From the NCBI GenBank assembly GCA_964016885.1, contig OZ024742.1:238142001-238206000 (forward strand): a stretch of DNA of 64,000 nucleotides, read 5' to 3'. The notes under the pieces were generated by a model. It did not search any database. It was not told the origin of the DNA and worked only from the letters and a program-made list of their open reading frames with translations. Below, piece by piece: positions 15,247 to 30,239 of this stretch. The DNA is from Eledone cirrhosa. Lineage: Eukaryota. Position 1 is the stretch's first letter; each line of letters begins with the position of its first letter. A program made the position numbers and the translations under genes.

Positions 15247-16440
15247 ATACTTTAGGAGGGTCATGCTGTTCATATATTGTCAAACCTCTTACGTCACACA
15301 TTCTGTGACCTCCTCAGTGACTAATTTCTTATTTTGTGTCTCTCCTTTGTTCTGTCCTACATCATATTGTTTTTGTGAGTTGTGTGCTGTGTGCTTGGTT
15401 TGCGCATGCGTTACATCCGGGCGCGTGTGTGTGTTTATTTATTTATTTATGTGTTTATTTAATTTCACTAGTTGATTGTTTGTTCTATCTGTGTGTGTCT
15501 GGTTTCTTTAATTAGTCTGGTTTTTGTGATTTTGTGTGTGTCTGTATGTCTTCATTTTGTCCTTAATTACTAGTTGTGATGTTGCTATTCCACTCATGTT
15601 TTCTGTTTAATTTTGGTTAGAGTTCGTTTAAGTTTGCCGCCTCTGTAATTTGTCTGAGCATTGCATATTTTCTGTGTGTGGATATGATTTTTATTTCTAT
15701 GTTCTCTAATGTGCCCCTATGTTCTATTTTGGCATGTTGGTGGAGTACCAATGAATATTAAATTTTAGCTTGTCTATAGCCCTTCTAAATCTGTAAGATT
15801 GTTCGCCTCTGATGGTTGCATTGACGAACATTATACTATGAGTTGATTTTATTTATCTTTTTCTTAATCCTTTCTATTCTATTCCAAAATTTGCTCCTAT
15901 ACATGGGACAAGTCCCATTCGTATCCTTTTCTACAATCTTTGCCCATTTAGTCCTGTCTCTCTGATTGTAGCCAGAGAATTGCATGCGGTGGATGAAGTG
16001 TTGTATGTGTGTCTCTAATTCTTTAGAATTGCCCATGTGGGACACTTTCCTCATCACTCTTACTAAATCCGCAATCAGTATGTTGATTTTCATGTTATCC
16101 GAAACAGCTGAGTTTCTGTGGATCAGGTACTTGGAGGTCATGAGTTTGGCATAATGCCAATGGAGGATTTGTCTTCTAATATGAATAGTTCTAACCAGAG
16201 TTCTGTGTCTAATACAGGTAATCTATGGTTGGGATGTTTGGTTGGGTAGGCCATAGTAACTTTAATACTTTGGTGATGGAGTTAGCTATTTGCTGACTAT
16301 TTTCCTATGGGGTGTTTTTACTACGAAGTTAATGTCATCTACATAGCGGGAATACATAGTCAGGGCTATAAAATTGTCGTCTAAACGTTCCTTAAGTCTT
16401 CTGTCCCACCATACCATAAAGAAGTTAGCGCCTTCACGAA
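15240..16440 (-). mobile_element. Penelope-like element remnant (RT and GIY-YIG, internally deleted)
   Basis: Minus strand SRYVDDINF (PLE RT catalytic motif), LPVLDT, thumb region SKYLIHRNSAVSDNMKINIL; 3' end homologous to the 23195-24410 family. Confidence 0.85.
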
Positions 16441-17150
16441 ATATTATATATATATATATAATATATATATATACACTTATTCAATTGAAGAAAGATGCTT
16501 GAGTAAAAATCTGCCGACTTATTCTGAAAGAGACGTGAAGCACTCCACGGCTTTTGTTCCTTAGGATTTTCCCCTAATGTAACATCCGGAGTTTAAGTAT
16601 AATAAATAAGAGAGGCGACTTATTGTTATTAACCTCGTCGACCAGTACTCAGATGGCTAGATTTCACTTGTAGCAATTCTATTATGGGTGGAGATAGTAT
16701 TGTTGCTGGCATCGGTGATTGTAAGCAATCTGGGGTATCAGGTTGCCAAATTTGTCGCATGATTCTAAAATGGCCTGCAAGCACTGTTAATTTATTTTTT
16801 TTATATTTCCGGACTAGATTGTACTTACGTAGATTTTAATTTTAGATACATAATGATGATGTTACATTCATGAATGATTTATTGATGCTGATGTTATATT
16901 TATGAATGATTTATTAATTAATTGATGGTCTATTTTATATTACTTACAGAAGTTTTAATGATATAGTCTGCGGAAAATCTTAAATACTTTATGTAAACAA
17001 GTATTAAATATGGCAGAGCGTTTATTGATAATTTTATGCCTACTATTTATGATGTGCAAAGTCTCTGTAGTAATTGAGCAACTTTTTTGAATAACTTAAT
17101 CGATATACATTTGTTTTGTATATATTTAGAGTATATATATATATATATAT

Positions 17151-17980
17151 AAACAAGGTTTAGCAAATAATGAAAAAGTTTCAAAATAAATTTTAAAAAA
17201 TTGACTTTTCCTACTATAGTTACCTTTACCGATCGGTTTCGAATCCCAAAAATAAACGGAGACCATATGGCCTTCGTTGCAAAGAAAGATTCTCGTCAGA
17301 AGGTTCTTTTCATTCGAAGAATATAAAATTCCTGAATTTAAATTACGAACTAGCGCTATCAAAACTGTTCCTGGGATGAGAGTGGATGATGTAGAAACAG
17401 GTTTATCAAGGGCCGAAGTAAAGATAGAGACAGAAGGAGGTAGGTCAAACCAGCCGCAGCTATCACTAGCAGCAGTCGGAGCGACCAAATTTGTTCTCAA
17501 CATAGAGGAGTTGGTAATAATAGGATATGTGTTCCTTCACGCACAAGGCGCTAAGGTACGCATGTATTGTCCAACCAAATGCCAGTGTGGTTCAATGGCA
17601 GGTTAATAAATTAACGAGCCAGAACAAATATAAACAAGGTTTAGCACCCAGGAACAGTTTTGATAGCGCTAGTTCGTAATTTAAATTCAGGAATTTTATA
17701 TTCTTCGAATGAAAAGAACCTTCTGACGAGAATCTTTCTTTGCAACGAAGGCCGTATGGTCTCCGTTTATTTTTGGGATTCGAAACCGATCGGTAAAGGT
17801 AACTATAGTAGGTAAAGTCAATTTTTTTAAATTTATTTTGAAACTTTTTCATTATTTGCTAAACCTTGTTTATATTTGTTCTGGCTCGTTAATTTATTAA
17901 CCTGCCATTGAACCACACTGGCATTTGGTTGGACAATACATGCGTACCTTAGCGCCTTGTGCGTGAAGGAACACATATCC

Positions 17981-17983
<3 letters not shown>
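17151..17983. mobile_element. Family E: circularly permuted 481-nt HHR monomer plus inverted partial copy, in (TA)n
   Basis: 17151-17375 is the reverse complement of 17647-17870; 17519-17646 is the reverse complement of 17856-17983; AAACAAGGTTTAGCA repeated at 17151 and 17632. Confidence 0.85.
17718..17800 (+). ncRNA. Type I HHR (family E); second intact copy on the minus strand at 17222-17304
   Basis: ACCTT-CTGACGA-GAATC..GATTC-GAAA-CCGATCGG-TA-AAGGT; all core nucleotides present, palindromic stem III. Confidence 0.9.
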
Positions 17984-18038
<55 letters not shown>

Positions 18039-18236
18039 GATGAAGCTTCATATTTAGGTTTTTAGTGTGTATCGATCTGTTACATCTGTTACGTGCGTTT
18101 CACATATGGTTCGCTCAAGGTCACCCACAAAAGTTATGGATCCGACTGACTCAAGTATCGACCAGCTCTTCGGACTGATGATTCAACGAAGAATACAGTG
18201 TTTGTGATGGCCGGTGAAATGTCGAGAGTGAGCGGC

Positions 18237-18285
<49 letters not shown>

Positions 18286-18817
18286 CATATGTGTGTGAGT
18301 GTGTCCATTTTTTTTTAATCTGACGCCAGCCAACGTCTAGCTATATTGTGTCAACTACTTCAATATTTTAGCTGTCGGTTATACCTGCACTTCTCAAACA
18401 CGAACAAATTGGATTTCGACAATCTATTTCTTATATAATAAATTTTGGTATCAGTTATAATGTTTACAGTTGTTACAGACCTGTAGACAATATGGGGTTG
18501 GGAGGGGATGGATGTCACTACTATTATAGCAGCCGCTGTCACAACTACTATAACAGTTACTGATAAAGAGGGGAGGGAGAAGGGCGACCAACCGTTTTCG
18601 TTACTTCCTAAACTAAACTAAACATAGTGACGTGAACCTAAATTGATCAACAATTCTGCCAAAATTCTTAGTGTCATACAGGGGCCGTCAAAGAAACAAC
18701 ACCACGCGTTCGCCGGCTCCCTGTATCATGAAAAGAAAATCTTTTTTCGGAAAAGTTATTGGATTTTTCCAAATTTAAATGTTTCTTAGGAACTTTCTAT
18801 GTTTATTTTAGGTTTTG

Positions 18818-18875
18818 CCGTCTGAAGAGCTGAGGCTATCATAACTGATAGTCCTCAGTGAGATATGTATAACGG
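18818..18875 (+). ncRNA. Type I HHR with one core mutation (GAAA to GAGA)
   Basis: CCGT-CTGAAGA-GCTGAGGCTATCA..TGATAGTCCTCAGT-GAGA-TATGTA-TA-ACGG. Confidence 0.7.
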
Positions 18876-19136
18876 AGTCTTAAATAAACCTGAATATGGC
18901 CTCCGATCTTTTATTAATATATAATGGTCCGACTTGCACCATTTATACAGGTCGTTGAGCGCTTCTTTTTATCTACTTCACAACCGACAGACCATAATAT
19001 GATCAGTACGTCTCTGTTCGGTTAACTCCATAATCTCTCTATATATATGTGTGTGTGTGTTCAGAGATGGGGGGGGGAGATGCATCTTTGATAAATGGTT
19101 TGTGAGATAGGCCAGAAACATGAGATTATGAAGCAA

Positions 19137-19178
<42 letters not shown>

Positions 19179-19334
19179 GTCTATGTTTAATAGTAACAAA
19201 TCTCTTTCTGTTCCATTAGTGCCTCTTTTAGATTAAATAAACTGCTGCATGAAAGAAAAAAATTTAGACAGTTGTTATCTTTACGATTGCTTTTATCTCT
19301 TCGCTACACACACACACACATACTCACACGCGCG

Positions 19335-19566
<232 letters not shown>

Positions 19567-19839
19567 CAATGCTCCGTGAGAAAAGAAAAAAAATAGACCA
19601 ATAGGAATGCATCTACTTTCACTCTGTTTATGTAGCACTAAACAAATCCCATCGGTGTATGGACGACATCTGTAATATTCGGTTTCTCCATTAAAAGGTA
19701 ACAAAACTACTATGAGAGAGAAAGAGTGAATGATAGAGAGATGATAGAATGACAGATAATGATAGATGTATATGAACGGCATCTTAAATATTCGGTTTAT
19801 TCACCAAATGTACACAAAACTACTAATACATGCTTAATA

Positions 19840-20038
19840 AAGAAATTGCTTCTACAGCACTGGAACTGTTTCATTCAAGGGAAATCAAGAAAGCCTTTTC
19901 CTGATGATTGCTTTTGAATGAAACAGTTCTAGTTTGTAAAAGAAATTTCTATATTAAAGATGATGTTTATACTCTACCAATGTTATTGAGTACCTTACTG
20001 TAGTTACCCCCAATTGAACCCGGGATTCACATATCATA
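19840..20038. mobile_element. Family C fold-back element (older copy) with HHR
   Basis: Imperfect inverted arms about 19895; CCTGATGATTGCTTTTGAATGAAACAG; homologous to 20495-20687. Confidence 0.75.
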
Positions 20039-20066
20039 AATATATATATATATATATATATACAAT

Positions 20067-20272
20067 GATATTAAATAAATGGAAACTATATTTATAAAAC
20101 CATATTTATTTTATTATATATATTTCAAGGGTACCAAGTCACATTGGTGCGCTTTCATCCGATAAAATACAAAGTTTGTTTTATAAATAGAGACATACCC
20201 ATGAAAATCATACCTTATCGGTTGGAAATTCATTGGATAGTCGGACTTCAAACAAATTAAATACCCCTTCTA

Positions 20273-20275
<3 letters not shown>
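20067..20275. mobile_element. Family B element (antisense arm plus 3' tip)
   Basis: 20067-20200 matches 6306-6442; the end CAAACAAATTAAATA matches ~6672-6686. Confidence 0.8.
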
Positions 20276-20367
<92 letters not shown>

Positions 20368-20371
20368 ATAC

Positions 20372-20687
<316 letters not shown>

Positions 20688-21138
20688 TAAAAAAAGAAAA
20701 TATATATATATACACACAGAGACAGGGATAGAGAAACAGTGGCGGATAGAGAGACAAACAAATACAGATAGACAGGCAGGAACACACATAAATATATGTG
20801 AGAGCTATCGATATCTGTATATATATATAGTGGGAGAGACCACACCGTGTTTTGTCTTAGATTTGCGATCCAAAAATATATATATGGATTTAGGCAGACC
20901 GCTTTCGTATATCGTATGTTATGCAGACAAACAGTCCTATGCAATTATTATAGAGCGTTAATCAAATACCCCACTACCATATATGTATGTATACTACCAG
21001 ATCTCACCGGTGTTGCCCGGGTTAAATATAATAATCGAATGCCATTCAAAACTTGATATAGGATTTCTTTCTTAATATTTATTGTAATTGGTCATTTTAA
21101 CATTACTGACATAACAAATTCGGTGAGATCAACAGCAA

Positions 21139-21329
21139 TAATTGTTTCTACTTTTGGCACAAGGCCAGCAAATCCCCAGTGCATTACTGGTACTTTATTT
21201 TAACGACCCCGTAAGGATGAAAGGAAAAGTTAACCTCGGCGGGATTTGAACTCAGAATAGCAAGAGCCGTAACTCTATGCATCAAAGCATGGCGTCCGAC
21301 CCTCTACCGATACCGCCAATTCACCGCCC
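21139..21329 (-). mobile_element. SINE (main family) with target-site duplication
   Basis: GAGATCAACAGCAATAAT present on both sides. Confidence 0.9.
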
Positions 21330-21620
21330 TAAGAGATCAACAGCAATAATATACTTGAAATAGAAAGTCTGTCCAGGATTGGCCACGCTGTACCTTGCAC
21401 TGACGGGATCTTAAACTTGGCCGATGTCTTTACAGCTGGATGCGGTTGCTAACACCAACCACATTTACAGTGTGGTACTGGGAGACACCGCTATGAGGAG
21501 GGACAGGCCAATTGGGTGCCCCGAACCCTTTTCATAGCGAAACCATAGATTGGGAGCCTGATATGTATGTGTATATACAGATAGACATGTATGTATACAT
21601 ATATATATATATATATATAT

Positions 21621-21812
21621 AGGAACGAGTAGGACCCCGACGGCTGAGCTCAAGCCGTTTCGACGGCTAATTCTGTCCAGAATTAGCCGTCGAAACGGCT
21701 TGAGCTCAGCCGTTGGGGTCCTACTCGTTCCTATTCCCCACTCTACTACCCTAAGTATTGAGTACTTTGGTGCGTTATGGTCCACCTGGTTCCTTACCAC
21801 ATTTCCTTCGTT
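21621..21812. mobile_element. Family A fold-back element
   Basis: Junction AATTCTG/TCCAGAATT; TA-flanked. Confidence 0.85.
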
Positions 21813-22030
21813 ATATATATATATATATGTATGTTTATATATATGTATATACATAAATATGTATTTATATATATACATATATGTGTTATACATATATATG
21901 TATATACATACATATATATCTATCCTGTCTGTTGTATATCTATCTATTATGTGCGTGTGGTGATCATGGACATAACTTAAGGAAGGTTATTAAGCGTGTG
22001 AATGTGTATACATATATACGTATCTACATA

Positions 22031-22208
22031 TTTGTTTCTACTTTTGGCACAAGGCCAGCAATTATTCCAGTGTATTACTGGTACTTTATTTTATCGACTC
22101 CGTAAGGGTGAAAGGCAAAGTTGAACTCAAACCATAAAGGGCCGTAACTCTTTGCTGCAAAGCATAGCGTCCTCCGACCCTCTACCGATACTGCCAATTC
22201 ACCGCCCT
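22031..22208 (-). mobile_element. SINE (main family) with target-site duplication
   Basis: ATATACGTRTCTACATATT on both flanks. Confidence 0.88.
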
Positions 22209-22226
22209 CATATACGTGTCTACATA

Positions 22227-22287
<61 letters not shown>

Positions 22288-22359
22288 GTGTGTGTGTGTG
22301 TGAATTTATATATATATAGATACATATATGTCTGTCTGCATATATGAAGATATATAGGC

Positions 22360-22464
<105 letters not shown>

Positions 22465-22555
22465 AAGAGAGAGATGTATATATGCATGTATGTATACAAA
22501 TTAGCACGTGTAACCACCTTTCTTAAGTTTTGTTCCAAATCACCACTCACACACG

Positions 22556-22880
<325 letters not shown>

Positions 22881-22892
22881 TATATATATATG

Positions 22893-23036
<144 letters not shown>

Positions 23037-23048
23037 TATATATATATG

Positions 23049-24457
<1,409 letters not shown>

Positions 24458-24464
<7 letters not shown>

Positions 24465-24560
24465 ATACTTTGGGAGGGTCATGTTGCCAATAAAGTATAA
24501 CAATATCGGTTTCAACACACGATTTCAGATAAAGAATCTTGCTAAACAAATTCAAAAACG

Positions 24561-24563
<3 letters not shown>
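24458..24563. mobile_element. Miniature fold-back derivative of a PLE 3' end
   Basis: Reverse complement of 22698-22803. Confidence 0.8.
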
Positions 24564-24618
<55 letters not shown>

Positions 24619-24620
<2 letters not shown>

Positions 24621-24817
24621 CGAAGGAAATGTGGTAAGGAACCAGGTGGACCATAACGCACCAAAGTACTTAATACTTAGGGTAGTAGAGTGGGTAATAG
24701 GAACGAGTAGGATCCCGACGGCTGAGCTCAAGCCGTTTCGACGGCTAATTCTGGACTAATTCTGTCCAGAATTAGCCGTCGAAACGGCTTGAGCTCAGCC
24801 GTCGGGGTCCTACTCGT

Positions 24818-24821
<4 letters not shown>
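24619..24821. mobile_element. Family A fold-back element
   Basis: Junction TCTGGACTAATTCTGTCCAGA. Confidence 0.85.
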
Positions 24822-24884
<63 letters not shown>

Positions 24885-24990
24885 AATATATATCTGTATA
24901 TAAACATACATATATATCTTTATATATACATCTGCCAACGATTGCTGTGAGGTGTAACACATGTAACACTTCTAATAATCGTAACACATG

Positions 24991-25095
<105 letters not shown>

Positions 25096-25681
25096 CATTA
25101 ACATGAAAGATGTTGTGTGTTACCTTCCGAGTTCGATAAACGTGTGTGCCTAATTCTTTAAACATATATGTATACACAACGATTGCTTCGAGGCGTACCA
25201 AACTTCCGTTCACAAAACGGAAATGATCGTATCACATCTAATATAAATATATAGAGAAAGACAGAGAGTAGAAGAATATTGTAGTTTGCTTGAAGAAATT
25301 AAGATGAAACACGATGTGCGTTACCTTATTTATTTATATGCCTTTATATTTCGAGAAGGAACGCATCCGAGTTCGATAAACGCATGTTACCGGAAGTGGT
25401 GGTAGAAAGGTGAGAGAGGGGGTGGGATATTCCTTGTTTTATTTTTTATATTTATTTTATAGGTTATGCTAGAGAAATGTCAAGAGTCTTCTTAAAGAGA
25501 AAGGACTCTGTATCCTTCAAACTAATTTTAGATGAAAGAGGATTATCTCCTGTCCCTTAAAAGAATATATGTCCATGTTTAAGGACACCCTATAGTTGAG
25601 TCGAAGGACCTTTTATGCCAAGTTTGAACAAGATTAGATAATTGGTTTTTGAGTGCATTGGTAACCAACCAACCAACAAGC

Positions 25682-25768
<87 letters not shown>

Positions 25769-26537
25769 GCGCACGACAGACTTCCGCACAGTTTCTGACT
25801 ACCATGTTTGGCAGATGAAAGCATACCTGATCAAAAGGTAATTTGTTTTCTCTTACTTTCACTTTCCGAAACATTTACCTAAACTCAAAATGGCAGAGAA
25901 AATGAATACCACAGCTGAAAACCTGAAAAAATAGTATAAAAGATCCATTTGATGTCGTAGTATGATCGATACTCAGGGATGAAATGAAAGGAATAAATGG
26001 AAGAAGAAAACTATTTAAAAAAAACAACAAAATAAACTATATAATCAAGAATACGTATAGAAAGTCACAAATAATTGATCCGCCAAACCTTTTTAAGAAA
26101 TCGATATCAACGTTTCGACTTTCGAAGATAACAAGTGTGCTACCTTCGATAACTCGAAAATGTCTCTTAGTTTTATCGGTAGGTTGCCTTGGTAACTGTA
26201 TCACGTAGTAAATGATTTCTACGACGATCGTTCAGTAAATGATGTGTGGAGCCTATGATAGCATTATGGAATGATGTAGTTACATATATTATTTAACCAT
26301 TAGACAACATAGCATTTAAATATACAGCACAGCCAATTTGATCGATTCAATTGAAAAAGTATTTATTTTACTGAGATCCCCTACGGATCAAAATAACATT
26401 TGTTCCGGGCAATATTTAAACCTAGAAATACAAAAGTAAACACTGGAAAGAATTCAGTCCTAGGATGTATGTCTTGAAAATGTATTCATGTCCCATGTCT
26501 CTTAATTATCGTCCGTTGCTTTCGTAACATTATCTAG

Positions 26538-26789
26538 CTAACACTTTTGATATCAAACCGCCTGAAACCACCCCTGGTTTCCTGATACAAAGCATTTTAT
26601 TTTGTATTTATCTCGATCAATCTCCCCATTATAATTTTATGAAGGACATTTGTTAAGTTATGTTCCTAACACTAGTTTAATAGTGAGAAAGTTAGTTATA
26701 TTTCTAAATACCCCAAATCTTTATTTGCAAAATTAATTGATAACCACAGGTAGTGTTTTTCATTGGAAATATGGTAACGAAATGGTTAA
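26538..26789. mobile_element. Possible piggyBac-like MITE
   Basis: Degenerate TIR-like ends TAACACTTTTGATATC and GGTAACGAAATGGTTAA; related decayed sequences near 31240-31430 and 35060-35275. Confidence 0.4.
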
Positions 26790-26849
26790 CACACAACCTT
26801 CAAAATGTTTCTATTTCATGCCTCTAAGTTATCAATCATTGCTTTGGTA

Positions 26850-27215
26850 AGTCGTATAGCCTAGTGGTTAGCCTTGATCTCTCTGTATGTATTGGCATAT
26901 CCCAGAAATTGGTTGCTTTGCTATTCTCTGACAATTTTTCTGTTGATATTTCTTAATGCTGACATAATTTCCAGTGTATGAAGTTCCCAACACTATCATG
27001 CCTGTGGATATATTCTTTTTTGGCTGGTGCTGGGCATCCAAAGACTATGTCGTTGATTATTTCTTCCCTATCTCCCCATATTCTACAGTTACTTATAGTC
27101 CTTTGTTTCATCGTGTACTTCTAAGTAGTTTCTCGTAGATAGACTCTGGTCCTGCGCTGCAATTAGAAATCTTTTCGTCTCAGCTTTTACTCCAGTACTT
27201 CGGAGCCAGTTATGT
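26850..27215 (-). pseudogene. RLE-type non-LTR retrotransposon fragment (R4/NeSL-like)
   Basis: Minus strand FWDMPIHTE..IKAN and LIAAQDQSL-like motifs. Confidence 0.6.
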
Positions 27216-28949
27216 GTGTTTTCTTCAAACATACACTCAAAGAAGATCAGCTTTTACAAACACAATCATATACCAACCATAAAACTACAAAAAAAATTAA
27301 AGAATTAAAGCGGTGCGCCAACATAACTACAATCCAGCGACTGAAAACATCAAAAGAATAAATTGATGTAATAAACAATGTATACTAGATGCAGCAAAGT
27401 ATATGGTGTGAAATACGCATTACTGAAGTCGAATGAAACGAAATTTTGTTCCAAAGTATGTCGGTGAATGAAGCCAAATAGTTTAGTTTGTGTATGCGTA
27501 TATACACACACAAGTATATAACATCACATGATGCCTAGCTGCATAGAATCCGATTACATCTATAACTATTTGTCTCTACTCTTAGGATTTGTTTTTTTCA
27601 TATCTACTTTAAAAGCGTTTCAATATTCACTATTGAAATTTAATCGGGTTTTAAAACGAAATTGAATTCTATAAATTTTGAAAATTGACTTATACTTCAT
27701 TATGGATCCTCCATTGCTTTCTAAAATCCGTATTCAATTTTTCGATCAACTGAACTTCCAGCTCGTGAATTATGTGTTCCATAGGTACGTATACCCAAAA
27801 CATAATTAATTCTCAAGCTGAATCATCGTGATACGTTATAGGTACAATGAAGCAGACTAACGTATTCACAGTTTCCGGCTGAGCGCTTTGGAAAAAAAAG
27901 AGAGATTGATGAAATAAGTATCAGACTTGAAAAAATAAATTGCTGGTATCGATATAATCGATAAAATCACTTGAAGGAGGTATCTAAACATGGCCACTGT
28001 CTAATGAGTGAAACTAGTAAATGAGGAAATGAATACCCCAGATTGAATTGGCAGAATCGTTGTGTCGAAAGAAATGCTTTGAAATATTTATTCTGCCTTT
28101 TTATATTGTGCGTTCCCACCCCCACAGAGGTCAACTTTATCTTTCATCATTCTGAAAGCAATAAAATATAGTACCAGTCTAGTGCTGAAATCGATATATT
28201 CAGCTTTTCTCTCTCCGCCCCATACTGTTGACCTTGCATCTATGTTAGAGGCCATTATTAAATGTTTTTAATTTATGAAATTTGTCTAAGTTCAATCTAA
28301 TATCTGCTCAGGTTGAAGGCTATAATGTTTCTTTTGAATAGATAATGAAGATCTTATCTGTGGAATTGTCTGCTGCATTGTTAATATAGAAGTAGAGGTG
28401 GTAACGAATGCAATCATCCTTTATCAGTATATTAGTTGGAATCTAGAGAAGAAACAAACGGTGTAGTTTAAGATTGAAAAGTGATATAATATATTATAAT
28501 TTACGTCAATAATTAATGGTGTCTAATTTAAGCACTGTCGGTGTATTGACAAAGGGGTTAGAACGTCGGATTAAATGCCTCGATATTTCTACCGGCTCTC
28601 TTAATTCTGAGTTCAAATCAGCCTGACGTTAATTCTGAATTTCATTCTATCGGGGATTGATAAATTAAGTACCAGTCCAGGGGCAGTGGATTGGCAGAGT
28701 TTGTAAAGTGTCGAACGAGATACTTATTGGCAACTGTTATGTCTGTTAGCACTCTAATTTCAAATTCAGCAAAGGTTAACGTAGCCTTTCTTCCATTCGA
28801 GACGATTAAACGGCAGAGTTTGTTAAGTGTTGGCTGGGATGCATTGCAGTGCCTGTTTCGTCTCTCAGTTCCCTCAGCTCAAATCCCACCAAGGTTAACT
28901 TTGACTTTCATCTTTTCGGGGTTGATAAAATACTAGTCCAGTACTACCA

Positions 28950-29345
28950 TATAGAACGTCTTGTCACTCCTTTGTACGGGAGCAGCCACACTGCTGTCCC
29001 GAGAGCTATACCACTATAACATCACACTGGTGGGAATCAGCAGCTGGAATCCGGTGAGCTACCGTTTGCTGTCCTCCCGTTTTTTTCCATCTGTATGGGA
29101 CGATGATTATCATCGTTGCCTATACCCTTACAGACATCTCAGAGGAAACTGTCAAGGACGATCACTATGACCATCTCCAACAGGTTTTAAGACAAAACCC
29201 ACCCCATGACATCACGACCATTCTGACGGATGCCAATGCTAGAATCTCTTCTTCTGCCAGGTTCCCTCCGACCGACTTATTGCTGGCTCAGTCCATTGGC
29301 ATAACCTTCACTGACAAAGCAGTTTTATCCAACTCTACCAATTCA
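28950..29345 (+). pseudogene. RTE-type APE endonuclease fragment
   Basis: IIVAYTLTDISEETVKDDHYDHLQQVL..HDITTILTDANARI, the YAPT..KD.FY..GDFNA motif. Confidence 0.75.
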
Positions 29346-29456
29346 CCACCTAAATAGATAGGGCAAGAAATAATGAGAGAGTTAGACAAAGAAATGGAGA
29401 AATGGGAGCTATGTGTAGAAATAGAGAGAGTGAGAGAAAACCATTAATAAAAGATA

Positions 29457-29538
<82 letters not shown>

Positions 29539-30076
29539 AAGAGTGAGGGCGAGTGTGGGGTAGAGAGAGAGGGAGAGAGAGAGAGAGTAAATCTATATTT
29601 ATGTATGTGTATAATGTGTATATTTGTGAGTAAAATGTTTGGATAGTTTGGATATTTATCAATATATTTTGACAGTGTGTAAACGAATGAAATATATCTA
29701 TTTGTAGATTTCAAATAATTGTATATGTGTTACCAGTTACTGAAACTATAATGAGAAAGTAGAACAATATTTGAACTTTCTGCTGAAATACAAAACCTAA
29801 ACTAAGTTGTTTGGCGCCTTCTAACAATCAACATTTCGACAAAAAAAAACTTACGTGATTGATATATGTCGGTTGTGGATTAAAGGTTATGGTATTCGGC
29901 TCCTGATAGTAAGGTCACGAGCTCGATTCCCGGACCGTGCGGTATGTTGCATCGTTGAGTAGGACATTATATTTCACATTGCACCAGTCCACTCTCCTGG
30001 AAAATGAAATGGGTTGTAGCGGCACTTACACCAAACTATATTGGCATTTTCCTTTCCCTTGGGTAATATCATAAAT

Positions 30077-30239
30077 AATTGTTTCTACTTTAGGCACAAG
30101 GCCAGCAAATACCCAGTGCATTACTGGTACTTTATTTTATCGACCCCGTAAGGATGAAAGGCAAAGTCAACCTCGGCGGGATTTGAACTCAGATCGTAAA
30201 GGGACGTAACTATGCTGGAAAGCATGGCGTCCGACCCTC
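30077..30239 (-). mobile_element. SINE (main family) nested in an older CORE-like SINE (~29880-30490)
   Basis: TSD TCATAAATAAT; the host is homologous to 39510-39820 and 9945-10170. Confidence 0.85.

Noticed and set aside
16640-16790. Possible minus-strand exon (also ~47147-47290 and ~10560-10690)
   Set aside because: Short open frames with weak splice signals and no recognisable homology.
17126-17606. 125-aa and 109-aa ORFs within family E
   Set aside because: They run through the ribozyme on opposite strands, one also runs into the TA array, and neither has recognisable motifs; probably incidental.
18150-18230. CTGATGA..GAAATGTC in a TA-flanked element (and a similar trace at ~6132-6171)
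   Set aside because: Stems I and II cannot be closed convincingly; at most a heavily decayed HHR.
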